From Gammaproteobacteria bacterium (GTDB lineage Bacteria; Pseudomonadota; Gammaproteobacteria; SpSt-1174), in the NCBI GenBank assembly GCA_033839185.1, contig JAJLKJ010000078.1:1-45291 (forward strand): a stretch of 45,291 nucleotides of DNA, in the 5' to 3' direction. Positions 1 through 7,922 of this stretch are shown here, piece by piece. How positions within the stretch are numbered: the first letter of the stretch is position 1; each line of letters starts with the position of its first letter. The notes beneath the pieces are model-generated. The model saw only the letters and a program-made list of their open reading frames with translations. It did no database searches and had not been told where the DNA came from. The position numbers and the translations under genes were made by a program.

Positions 1-759
1 GTGCTGACCGGCGGCACCGTGATCTCCGAGGAAGTGGGTCTGTCCCTGGAAAAGGCCACCCTGGATGACCTGGGCACCGCCAAGAAGGTGCAGATCACCA
101 AGGAAAACACCACCGTCATCGACGGCGCCGGCCGCAAGGACGAGATCGAAGGCCGCGTGGCCCAGATCCGCGCCCAGATCGAGGAGGCCACCTCCGACTA
201 CGATCGCGAAAAGCTGCAGGAACGCGTGGCCAAGCTGGCCGGCGGTGTGGCCGTGATCAAGGTCGGTGCCGCCACCGAGATGGAAATGAAGGAAAAGAAG
301 GCCCGCGTCGAAGACGCCCTGCACGCCACGCGTGCGGCCGTCGAGGAAGGCGTGGTGCCGGGCGGTGGCGTCGCGCTGGTGCGCGTGCTGCAGGCCATCA
401 AGGGCCTCAAGGGTGACAACCACGACCAGAACACCGGCATCGACATCGCGCGTCGCGCCATGGAAGAGCCGTTGCGCCAGATCGTCTCCAACGCCGGCGA
501 AGAGGCCTCCGTGGTCGTCAACAACGTCGAGGCGGGCGAAGGCACCTACGGCTACAACGCCGCCACCGGTGAATACGGCGACATGATCGAGATGGGTATC
601 CTCGATCCGGCCAAGGTCACGCGCACCGCGCTGCAGAACGCCGCGTCCGTGTCCGGCCTGATCATCACCACCGAGGCGATGGTCGCCGAACTGCCGAAGA
701 AGGACGCCCCGGCCCCGGCCGGCGGCATGGGCGACATGGGCGGCATGGGCATGATGTAA
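1..759 (+). CDS. groL: Chaperonin GroEL, C-terminal 252 aa (5' end outside window)
   Basis: Frame-1 ORF open from the window edge. Shows the GroEL equatorial/C-terminal sequence ([10 protein letters not shown]..., [18 protein letters not shown]) and the hallmark [12 protein letters not shown] tail. TAA stop at 757-759, followed by a strong terminator. Confidence 0.97.
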   Translation: MLTGGTVISEEVGLSLEKATLDDLGTAKKVQITKENTTVIDGAGRKDEIEGRVAQIRAQIEEATSDYDREKLQERVAKLAGGVAVIKVGAATEMEMKEKKARVEDALHATRAAVEEGVVPGGGVALVRVLQAIKGLKGDNHDQNTGIDIARRAMEEPLRQIVSNAGEEASVVVNNVEAGEGTYGYNAATGEYGDMIEMGILDPAKVTRTALQNAASVSGLIITTEAMVAELPKKDAPAPAGGMGDMGGMGMM

Positions 760-786
760 GCCCGGCTGCACAACGGCCCAACGGAA

Positions 787-817
787 GGCCCCGCATCTTC
801 GGATGCGGGGCCTTTTT
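787..817 (+). terminator. Rho-independent terminator of groL
   Basis: Perfect 11-bp stem ggccccgcatc (787-797) / gatgcggggcc (802-812), loop ttcg, then TTTTT (813-817). Confidence 0.9.
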
Positions 818-847
818 GTATTTGCGACAGGCGGGAGGGGTGAGGTG

Positions 848-861
848 TTAGGCGTTAGGCG
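848..861. repeat. (TTAGGCG)2 heptamer. Reverse complement of the CGCCTAA satellite at 14615-14688
   Basis: Direct reading: ttaggcg ttaggcg at 848-861, preceded by ggggtgagg (837-845), which is the reverse complement of the CCTCACC repeat unit at 944-969. Confidence 0.85.
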
Positions 862-874
862 GGAAGGCCGGTTT

Positions 875-930
875 GCCACAGAGGGCACAGAGGAGGAGCA
901 GAAACGATTCATCTCTGTGCCCTCTGTGGC
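875..930. repeat. Extragenic palindromic element, copy 1 (18-bp perfect arms, 20-nt loop)
   Basis: gccacagagggcacagag (875-892) and its exact reverse complement ctctgtgccctctgtggc (913-930). Identical 18-bp arms recur at 14529-14546 / 14585-14602. Confidence 0.9.
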
Positions 931-943
931 GAATAGAATTTCT

Positions 944-969
944 CCTCACCCCTCACCCCTCACCCCTCA
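944..969. repeat. (CCTCACC)3.7 tandem heptamer
   Basis: cctcacc x3 (944-964) plus a partial cctca (965-969). The unit differs from the CCTAACG satellite unit at two positions. Confidence 0.85.
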
Positions 970-1029
970 TTAAGTTCCACTTAAGTTTCCATGGTTATCC
1001 TTGGTCGCATGCTGTACAGGAGCCATGCC

Positions 1030-1572
1030 ATGACAGAGACCACCTTCATCGATCATCAGCCGCGTACCGTGCCCGTCTGGGACATCGCGGTCCGTGTCTT
1101 TCACTGGGCGCTGGTGACGTTCTTCTTCACTGCCTATTTCACCGGTGACGAGTTCGAGTCCGTGCACGAGTTCGCCGGTTATGCGGTGCTGGGCCTGGTC
1201 GGCTTTCGCCTGCTGTGGGGGCTGATCGGTACGCGTTACGCGCGCTTCACGAGCTTCTGGTTCCGCCCGAGGGAGGTGAAGGCCTACCTGCTGTCGCTGC
1301 TCACGCTGCGACCGCGCCATTACCTTGGCCACAATCCGGCGGGTGCCTGGATGATCTTTGCCCTGCTGGCCTCGCTGGTGATGACTGCGGCCACCGGCAT
1401 CCTCACCGAGGAGGTGGGTCACGCCTGGGAGGAGGTGCACGAGGTCTTCGTCAATCTCACCCTGTTCCTGGTCTTCGGCCACGTGGCCGGTGTGGTCCTC
1501 TCCAGCCTGCTGCATCGCGAAAACCTGGTGCGGGCCATGTTCACCGGCCGCAAGCGTGTCTCGCCCGAGTAA
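1030..1572 (+). CDS. Cytochrome b561-like / Ni-Fe-hydrogenase b-type cytochrome family membrane protein
   Basis: About 180 aa with 4 predicted TM helices and conserved His residues (VFHWALV, SVHEFAGY, HYLGHNPAG, GHVAGVVLSSLLHRENLVRAMFTGRK), typical of the PF01292-type family. Start moved to the ATG at 1030 because an AGGAG sits at 1018-1022. Terminator follows. Confidence 0.75.
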   Translation: MTETTFIDHQPRTVPVWDIAVRVFHWALVTFFFTAYFTGDEFESVHEFAGYAVLGLVGFRLLWGLIGTRYARFTSFWFRPREVKAYLLSLLTLRPRHYLGHNPAGAWMIFALLASLVMTAATGILTEEVGHAWEEVHEVFVNLTLFLVFGHVAGVVLSSLLHRENLVRAMFTGRKRVSPE

Positions 1573-1598
1573 GACGTCTTCCCTGCGTGTGGTTGCCT

Positions 1599-1624
1599 GA
1601 CCCGCCCCGGCGGGTCTCTTTTTG
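1599..1624 (+). terminator. Rho-independent terminator after the cytochrome b gene
   Basis: gacccg (1599-1604) / cgggtc (1611-1616) stem followed by tctttttg. Confidence 0.6.
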
Positions 1625-1634
1625 CCTGCGGGAA

Positions 1635-1677
1635 ATGCCGCAGTGTGGGGTCGAGCCGGTGTGTGATATGCCGCAGT
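1635..1677 (+). promoter_or_regulatory. 10-bp direct repeat ATGCCGCAGT x2, 33 bp apart, upstream of the TonB-dependent receptor
   Basis: atgccgcagt at 1635-1644 and 1668-1677, each followed by (g)tgg. Lies between the upstream terminator and the AT-richer segment preceding the receptor start. Confidence 0.3.
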
Positions 1678-1787
1678 TGGCCGTCATTCGTTATTCTCGT
1701 ATGAGGTATCCAGTTGAATAATATGGCGTAATGGAGATTGGCATCGCATTTGCTCCCCAGGTGGGCATAACAAACATGGGAGCCGTG

Positions 1788-3821
1788 ATGAAACAGTCCA
1801 GCCAGATGGCGTCGCTTTCGATGGCGATTGCCTTCACTCTTTCCGGGATGTCTGCCCAGGCCGCCGAGACCCTCGCCCCGATCGCGGTCGAGGCCGAGGC
1901 CGAGACCGCCGCCGAGCCCATCGTGCAGGGCAGGGAAGCCCTCGCGCCCTCCGCCACGACGGCCGCCGATCTGCTGAAGTCGGTGCCGGGCGCCGATGTG
2001 AACCGCAACGGCAGCCTGTCGGGTATCGCCCAGTACCGCGGCCTGTTCGGTGACCGCATCGATGTCAGTGTGAACGGCCAGCCCTCCGTGTCGGCCTGCA
2101 CCAACGCCATGGACGCGCCGCTGTCCTATGCCCCGGCCCCGTTGTTCGAGCGCCTCACCGTGTATCGCGGCGTGGCCCCGGTGAGCGTGACGCAGGAGGG
2201 CATTGGCGGGGTGATGGTGGCCGAGACCTGGCGGCCCGACTTCGAGCCCGGCACCCAGGGGCGTGTGACGGCGGGGGCGACCAGCGTGAACGAGGGCCAT
2301 GCCCTGGGCGCCAACGTGGCCGTCGGCAGTGACACCCAGCAGCTCTGGGCCGCGGCCAGCCGCGAGCAGGCCAACGACACCGACTATGCAGATGGCACCA
2401 TCGGTGCGACCGAATACGAACGCAACAGCTACGAGCTGGGTTACCAGCTGCGGGCCGGTGGCGGGATCTGGCGTCTCGAATTCGCGCGGGACGACGGCGG
2501 CCCCGCCGGTACACCGGCCCTGGCCATGGACACCTATCGCAACGAGGCCGACCGCTATCAGCTGTCCTACGCCGGTACCCTGGGCACGCATGGTGTGAAC
2601 GTGACGGCCTGGCGCAGCGACGGCGAGCACGACATGGACAACTACCACCTGCGTCCCAGTGCCACCACCCTGCGCCGCTCGCTGACCAGTGCGGACGATC
2701 GCGGGGTGAAGGTCGATGTCAGCCGCGCCGCCGCCGGCGGCCTGCTCACCGTGGGGGCCGAGGCACAGAAGACGGTGCACGAGGGTGACATCTATGACGC
2801 CGCCACCGACACCCTGCTCACCGTGGCCTACAACGACGTCGAGCGTGCCCCGATGGGCGCCTATGTTGAATGGGAGGGCCGGCGCGGGGGCTGGCAGCTG
2901 GTGGCCGGTGCGCGCTATACGCGGGTGGCGATGGACGCAGGCGAGGTGGACTCCAGCATGGCGATGATGAACCCCGCCGTGGCGGCCTATCGCGACGCCT
3001 TCAACGCCGCCGACCGCTCGGTGACCGATCACAACCTCAACTGGGCCCTGAACCTCCGCCGTCCGCTGACGGCCGGCACCGAGCTGGTCGCCGGGCTGTC
3101 GCGCAAGCTGCGCTCGGCCTCGTACCAGGAGCGCTACCTGTGGCTGCCGATGGAGTCCACCGGCGGGCTGGCCGACGGCAATGTCTATGTCGGGGACATC
3201 GGTCTGGATCCCGAGGTGGGGCACGAGATCGATCTGGGCATCGACTGGCAGGCCGGGGCGCATTACTTCACCCCGCGCGTGTTCTATCGCGACGTGAAGG
3301 ACTACATCCAGGGCGTGCCCAATGGGGACACCTTCATGGGCAACCCGGTGTTCCAGTTCACCAACGTCGATGCCGAGCTCTACGGTCTTGACGCCGGTTT
3401 CGGCCTCGGTCTCACACAGGCCCTGCGTGTGGATGGCGCCATGAGCTACACGCGCGGCAAGCGCACCGATGTCGACGACGACCTCTACCGCATCGCGCCC
3501 CCGCACCTCAATGCACAGCTCAGCTATGCCCATGGGCGGTCGGTCTTCGGTGTGGAGGGCGTGTTCTATGCCGAGCAGGACGATGTCTCGGCGACAAATT
3601 TCGAGCAGGCCACCGCGAGCTACGCCGTCTACAACCTGAGCTGGCGCTATGCGGCCACGCGCAACGCCGACCTCACGCTGGGCGTGGACAACGTCTTCGA
3701 CAATGGCTATCAGGATCATCTTGCCGGCTACAACCGTGTAGTCGACAGCGATGTGCCGGTGGGTGAACGCCTGCCGGGTGCCGGCCGCAACTTCCATGCC
3801 GGTCTTGCCGTGAGTTTTTGA
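1788..3821 (+). CDS. TonB-dependent outer-membrane receptor
   Basis: Signal peptide MKQSSQMASLSMAIAFTLSGMSAQA|AE and a TonB-box-like TLAPIAVEAE. Plug motifs (NGSLSGIAQYRGLFGDRIDVSVNG), a long beta-barrel and a C-terminal aromatic residue (..HAGLAVSF). GGGAG at 1778-1782. Substrate not assignable. Confidence 0.9.
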   Translation: MKQSSQMASLSMAIAFTLSGMSAQAAETLAPIAVEAEAETAAEPIVQGREALAPSATTAADLLKSVPGADVNRNGSLSGIAQYRGLFGDRIDVSVNGQPSVSACTNAMDAPLSYAPAPLFERLTVYRGVAPVSVTQEGIGGVMVAETWRPDFEPGTQGRVTAGATSVNEGHALGANVAVGSDTQQLWAAASREQANDTDYADGTIGATEYERNSYELGYQLRAGGGIWRLEFARDDGGPAGTPALAMDTYRNEADRYQLSYAGTLGTHGVNVTAWRSDGEHDMDNYHLRPSATTLRRSLTSADDRGVKVDVSRAAAGGLLTVGAEAQKTVHEGDIYDAATDTLLTVAYNDVERAPMGAYVEWEGRRGGWQLVAGARYTRVAMDAGEVDSSMAMMNPAVAAYRDAFNAADRSVTDHNLNWALNLRRPLTAGTELVAGLSRKLRSASYQERYLWLPMESTGGLADGNVYVGDIGLDPEVGHEIDLGIDWQAGAHYFTPRVFYRDVKDYIQGVPNGDTFMGNPVFQFTNVDAELYGLDAGFGLGLTQALRVDGAMSYTRGKRTDVDDDLYRIAPPHLNAQLSYAHGRSVFGVEGVFYAEQDDVSATNFEQATASYAVYNLSWRYAATRNADLTLGVDNVFDNGYQDHLAGYNRVVDSDVPVGERLPGAGRNFHAGLAVSF

Positions 3822-3945
3822 GGCGTCCCCGCCTCGAGCGGGCCCGCCCCGGGCCCGCCCTCCAGGCTCATGGTAAAATGCGCCCTCGGTCCCCAATGCC
3901 ATGCCCCGGCGGCGGGGGCCTCTTTTTTCCCGGGCCCCATCACCG

Positions 3946-4635
3946 ATGTCACGAAGTCTTGCACCAGCGCTGATGCTTTCCGCCGCCGTCCATGTCGCGG
4001 CCGCGGGCGGCTACTGGCTGTGGGGTGGGCAGCCGGCCGGGCATGACCGCCTGCCGGTGGTGGAGGTGGCCCTGCTGGCGGAGGCCGTCAGCCCTGCGGA
4101 CCCGGGGCCCGCCGACATCGACCCGGAGATCGCCCCGGAGCCGGTGAGGGCGGACGCCGTGCCCGTGACGGCGGCGAGTACCGACATGCCTCCTGTCGAG
4201 CACAGACCGCCCGAGCGGTCATCGCGTGAGCCGGTTGCCGGGCGGCCACCGGCAGCATCCACTGCGGTGCCGCCGGCGTCATCGGCATCGGCATCGGCGG
4301 CGCCGTCGCCGCAACCTGCCGCCGCCACCGCGGGGTTGATCGCCTCCATCGAGCAGGCCTACAAGACCGCCCTGCAGGCGGAGATCGCCCGCCATCGCAG
4401 CTATCCGCTGATGGCCCGGCGCCTGCGCCAGGAGGGCACGGTGGCGGTGGGTTTCGTGGTGCAGGCCGACGGGCAGCTGACCGCCATCGAGCTGCTGGAA
4501 AGCTCCGGCCATCGACTGCTGGACGAGGCCGCCCTGGCCGCCGTGCGCGAGGTCGCCCGGTTCCGTCCGATCCCCGAAGAGCTCGACCGCCAGGACTGGC
4601 CCCTCTCCGTCCCGCTAAATTTTCGGCTGCTCTAG
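3946..4635 (+). CDS. tonB: Energy transducer TonB
   Basis: N-terminal TM anchor (LAPALMLSAAVHVAAAGGYWLW), a Pro/Ala-rich spacer (PEIAPEPV...) and a TonB C-terminal domain (YPLMARRLRQEGTVAVGFVVQADGQLTAIELLESSGHRLLDEAALAAVRE). Start chosen at the ATG at 3946; 3901 is also possible. Confidence 0.85.
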   Translation: MSRSLAPALMLSAAVHVAAAGGYWLWGGQPAGHDRLPVVEVALLAEAVSPADPGPADIDPEIAPEPVRADAVPVTAASTDMPPVEHRPPERSSREPVAGRPPAASTAVPPASSASASAAPSPQPAAATAGLIASIEQAYKTALQAEIARHRSYPLMARRLRQEGTVAVGFVVQADGQLTAIELLESSGHRLLDEAALAAVREVARFRPIPEELDRQDWPLSVPLNFRLL

Positions 4636-4732
4636 CCGCTATCACTAGGTACAGCACGATTGGTACGAGATGGCCGTCTGTCCGTCGATTGCCGCCGTCA
4701 GGGCGGATGACGGGCAGTAATGCGGCCGGATT

Positions 4733-4751
4733 CACGTCTATATAAGACGTG
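4733..4751. promoter_or_regulatory. Inverted repeat CACGTCT-N5-AGACGTG enclosing a TATATAA motif, upstream of the chemoreceptor gene
   Basis: cacgtct (4733-4739) atata agacgtg (4745-4751), about 67 nt upstream of the ATG at 4818. The AT core resembles a -10 element. Confidence 0.3.
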
Positions 4752-4817
4752 GAGATGTCTCACCACAAGAGCGCCTGCGAGGGCGCCGACGCGCAAGGCG
4801 ACCGTAGGGGTAGAGCA

Positions 4818-6851
4818 ATGATGAAGCGTTTGATGCCGAACTTGCAGATCCGCCACAAGATCTGGGCCGGATACGGCCTGCTGGTGGCCATCCTGGCCGT
4901 GGTCTCGTTGAGCGCCTGGTTCGGGCTGGGCAGCACGCAGCGGGCGATGGACGAGATCGTCAGCGTGAAGCAGCCCGCCATGATGCAGTCCATGGAGCTT
5001 GCCCGGGACCTGGAGCGGGCGGTGGCGGGTATGGGCTTCTACCTGCTGAGCGGGGAAGAGGACCATCGCGAGAACTTTACATTCGCGCTGACACGCGTGC
5101 AGGAGCTCTCGGCCGAGTTGGCCGCCAACCCGTATGTGGCCGGCCAGGCCGAGCTCTCCGCACAGGTGGCCAACATCGCGGGTAACGTCGAGCGTCTGGG
5201 GGGCTTCAGTGCGGAGATCATCCGCCTGGCCCAGGACCCGGCGGCCAATATGCCGGCCATGCAGTATGCCGGTCAGACGGTCAACCCGCTGAGCCAGCAG
5301 ATGCTGCAGCAGCTCGGGCAGATGCTGCTCACCGAGGCCGAGGAGCCCGCGACCCCCGAGCGCAAGCGCCTGCTCGCCGACATCAACGACCTGCGCTACG
5401 CCTGGGCCAACGTGATGAACGGGGTGCGCGCCTATCTCGCCTTTCGCGGTGAAAGCTCGTTGAATGAAGTGGCGCTCTATCTCGAACAGACCGGTGCAGT
5501 GATCGAACGTCTCCAGGAATCCTCAGCCCTGCTCACCTTCGACCAGGAGGACTCGCTGTCCCAGTTCATCGAGCTGCGCGAGCAGTTCATCGCCAGCTAC
5601 GAGGAGCTGAAGGCCATTCATGGCGGCGAGAAGAGCCGCATGGATGCCTACCTGATCCGCACCGAGATCGGGCCGCTGGTCGCCGAGATCGAGTACGACC
5701 TGGCCATGCTGGGTTCCTCGCTGCAGGAGGAGATCAAGACGGTGACCAGCAGCCTCAACACGCAGCTGGCGGCCACCGAGTCGACGGCGCTGGTGCTGAT
5801 GCTGGTCGGGGTCGGCATCGGCATCCTCGCCGCCTGGGGCATGTCGCGCATGATCGGCGGGCCGCTGCGCCAGCTGTCGGCGGCGATGACGGACATTGCC
5901 GAGGGCGAGGGCGACCTGACCCACCGTCTGCAGGTGACCAGCCGTGACGAGATCGGCCAGCTGGCGCAGGCCTTCAATACCTTCGCCGGCAAGGTGCATG
6001 ACGTCGTGAGCCAGGTGAAGGGCTCCGTGGCCCAGCTGGCGGCAGCGGCCGAGCAGATGTCCGTGATCACCTCGCAGACCAGCGAGGGCGTGGCCCGCCA
6101 GCAGCAGGAGACCGACCAGGTCGCCACGGCCATGCACCAGATGAATGCCACGGCCCAGGAGGTGGCGCGCAACGCGAGCAGCACCGCCAGCGCGACCGAA
6201 GAGGCGGACCGCGAGACCCGCTCCGGTCAGGCGGTGGTGAACCGCACGGTGGAGGCGATGAACGCCCTGGCCGGCGAGGTGGAGCGCGCCGCCGGCGTGA
6301 TCATGAAGGTGGAGAAGGACTCCGAGAGCATCGGCACGGTCATGCAGGTGATCCGCGACATCGCCGAGCAGACCAACCTGCTGGCGCTCAACGCCGCCAT
6401 CGAGGCGGCGCGCGCCGGCGAGCAGGGCCGGGGCTTCGCGGTGGTGGCCGACGAGGTGCGTACCCTGGCCAGCCGCACGCAGGCCTCCACCGAGGAGATC
6501 GATCAGGTGATCAAGACCCTGCAGGGCGCCACGCGCGAGGCCGTGCAGGTGATGGAGGCGAGCCGCGACAAGGCACGCACGGGTGTGGACCAGGCCTCCG
6601 AGGCGGGCAAGTCGCTGACCTCCATCTCGGGCGCGGTGGACAACATCACCGAGATGGGCACCCAGATCGCCAGCGCCGCCGAGGAGCAGAGCGCCGTGGT
6701 CGAGGAGATCAGCCGCAACGTGACGAGCATCAGCGAGGTGGCGAGCCAGACCGCCGAGGGCACGCGTCAGCTGGCGGCGGCGAGCAACGAGCTGGCCAAC
6801 CTGTCGGCCGACCTGCAGGCCCTGGTGGGGCGCTTCAAGGTCGCCGACTGA
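4818..6851 (+). CDS. Methyl-accepting chemotaxis protein (CHASE3-like periplasmic domain, HAMP, MA signalling domain)
   Basis: N-terminal TM, then a CHASE3-like region ([15 protein letters not shown]), a second TM and HAMP ([39 protein letters not shown]). Conserved MCP hairpin [37 protein letters not shown]. Confidence 0.92.
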   Translation: MMKRLMPNLQIRHKIWAGYGLLVAILAVVSLSAWFGLGSTQRAMDEIVSVKQPAMMQSMELARDLERAVAGMGFYLLSGEEDHRENFTFALTRVQELSAELAANPYVAGQAELSAQVANIAGNVERLGGFSAEIIRLAQDPAANMPAMQYAGQTVNPLSQQMLQQLGQMLLTEAEEPATPERKRLLADINDLRYAWANVMNGVRAYLAFRGESSLNEVALYLEQTGAVIERLQESSALLTFDQEDSLSQFIELREQFIASYEELKAIHGGEKSRMDAYLIRTEIGPLVAEIEYDLAMLGSSLQEEIKTVTSSLNTQLAATESTALVLMLVGVGIGILAAWGMSRMIGGPLRQLSAAMTDIAEGEGDLTHRLQVTSRDEIGQLAQAFNTFAGKVHDVVSQVKGSVAQLAAAAEQMSVITSQTSEGVARQQQETDQVATAMHQMNATAQEVARNASSTASATEEADRETRSGQAVVNRTVEAMNALAGEVERAAGVIMKVEKDSESIGTVMQVIRDIAEQTNLLALNAAIEAARAGEQGRGFAVVADEVRTLASRTQASTEEIDQVIKTLQGATREAVQVMEASRDKARTGVDQASEAGKSLTSISGAVDNITEMGTQIASAAEEQSAVVEEISRNVTSISEVASQTAEGTRQLAAASNELANLSADLQALVGRFKVAD

Positions 6852-6860
6852 CGGCTGCGG

Positions 6861-7922
6861 TTACGGGCGCACGTCCTCGCGACGCGGGAACATCACCAGG
6901 TGGTCGATGTCGAGGCGGATCTTCATGCGCGCGCCGACCTGGTAGTCGTAGTGACTGTGGGCCAGTGACAGCACCTTGACGCCGCTCTGCAGGCGCAGGG
7001 TGTAGAGGAACTGGGCCCCGCGAAAGGCCTTGTCCAGCACCTCGGCCGGCAGGTCGGCGTTGTCGTCGTGCACGATGTCGTCCGGACGCACCAGGATGTC
7101 GACCTGGCAGCCCTTGCCGCAGAATGCCGGCACCTCCCCCTCGATGATGCCGAGTTCGGTCTCCACCTGGTGCGGGTTGAGCACCGTGCCCGGCAGCAGC
7201 ACGCCCTGGCCGATGAAGTCGGCCACGAAACGGTTGGCCGGCTGGTGATAGAGCTGGTAACCGTTTGCCCACTGCTGCAGCGCGCCGGCATTGATCACGC
7301 CGATCTCGTCGGCCATGGCGAAGGCCTCGAACTGGTCGTGGGTGACCAGCAGGCCCGAGATGCCCTCCTGCTTGAGGATCGCACGCACCTCGCGCGCGAG
7401 TCCCTCGCGCAGTTCCACGTCCATGCTGGAGAAGGGTTCGTCCATGAGCAGCAGCTTGGGGCGGGGCGCCAGTGCCCGGGCCAGGGCGATGCGCTGCTGC
7501 TGGGCGCCGGAGAGCTGGTGCGGGTAGGCCTTGCCGTAGGCGGGCAGGCCCACGAGCTGCAACAGCTGGGTGACGCGATCCTTGCGCTCGCCCACCGACT
7601 GCTGGCGGATGCCGAAGGCGATGTTCTCCTCCACCGTGAGGTGGGGGAACAGCGCGAAGTCCTGGAAGACCATGCCCACCTGCCGTTTCTCCGGCGGCAG
7701 GGCATAACCCGTCCGGCTCACCACCTTGCTGGCGAGGTAGATCCAGCCCGAGGCCACCGGCTCGAAACCGGCGATCGCGCGCAGCAGGGTGGTCTTGCCG
7801 CAGCCGCTCGGCCCCAGCAGGCAGCCGATCATGCCTTCTTCCAGCTGGAAGGAGACCTCGTGCACCACGTGACGCCTGCCGTAGGCGATGCTTACCTTGT
7901 CCAGTTCAAGCAGCGTGCTCAT
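6861..7922 (-). CDS. ABC transporter ATP-binding protein, Fe(3+)/polyamine-importer type (FbpC-like)
   Basis: Walker A GPSGCGKTT, signature LSGAQQQRIALARAL, Walker B LLLMDEPFS, and a C-terminal TOBE-like domain. Overlaps the permease stop. Confidence 0.9.
   Translation of the reverse strand: MSTLLELDKVSIAYGRRHVVHEVSFQLEEGMIGCLLGPSGCGKTTLLRAIAGFEPVASGWIYLASKVVSRTGYALPPEKRQVGMVFQDFALFPHLTVEENIAFGIRQQSVGERKDRVTQLLQLVGLPAYGKAYPHQLSGAQQQRIALARALAPRPKLLLMDEPFSSMDVELREGLAREVRAILKQEGISGLLVTHDQFEAFAMADEIGVINAGALQQWANGYQLYHQPANRFVADFIGQGVLLPGTVLNPHQVETELGIIEGEVPAFCGKGCQVDILVRPDDIVHDDNADLPAEVLDKAFRGAQFLYTLRLQSGVKVLSLAHSHYDYQVGARMKIRLDIDHLVMFPRREDVRP

Noticed and set aside
1625-1787. Cobalamin riboswitch or Fur box in the leader of the TonB-dependent receptor.
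   Set aside because: I found only fragmentary resemblance (gggaa..., gccgcagt vs the B12-box GCCACTG). The best Fur-like alignments in 1683-1745 match about half the consensus or less. This is not enough to call either element.
1419-3902. 827-aa ORF antisense to the TonB-dependent receptor gene. There are similar long ORFs at 15223-16809, 22649-23515, 30533-32590, 32356-34314, 40732-41925, 41546-43219, 43163-44083 and 44303-45226.
   Set aside because: These are shadow ORFs typical of high-GC DNA. Their translations are Arg/Gly/Ala/Pro-rich and low-complexity with no family motifs. Each fully overlaps a gene on the other strand or frame that has clear, recognisable domain signatures, SD sequences and operon logic.
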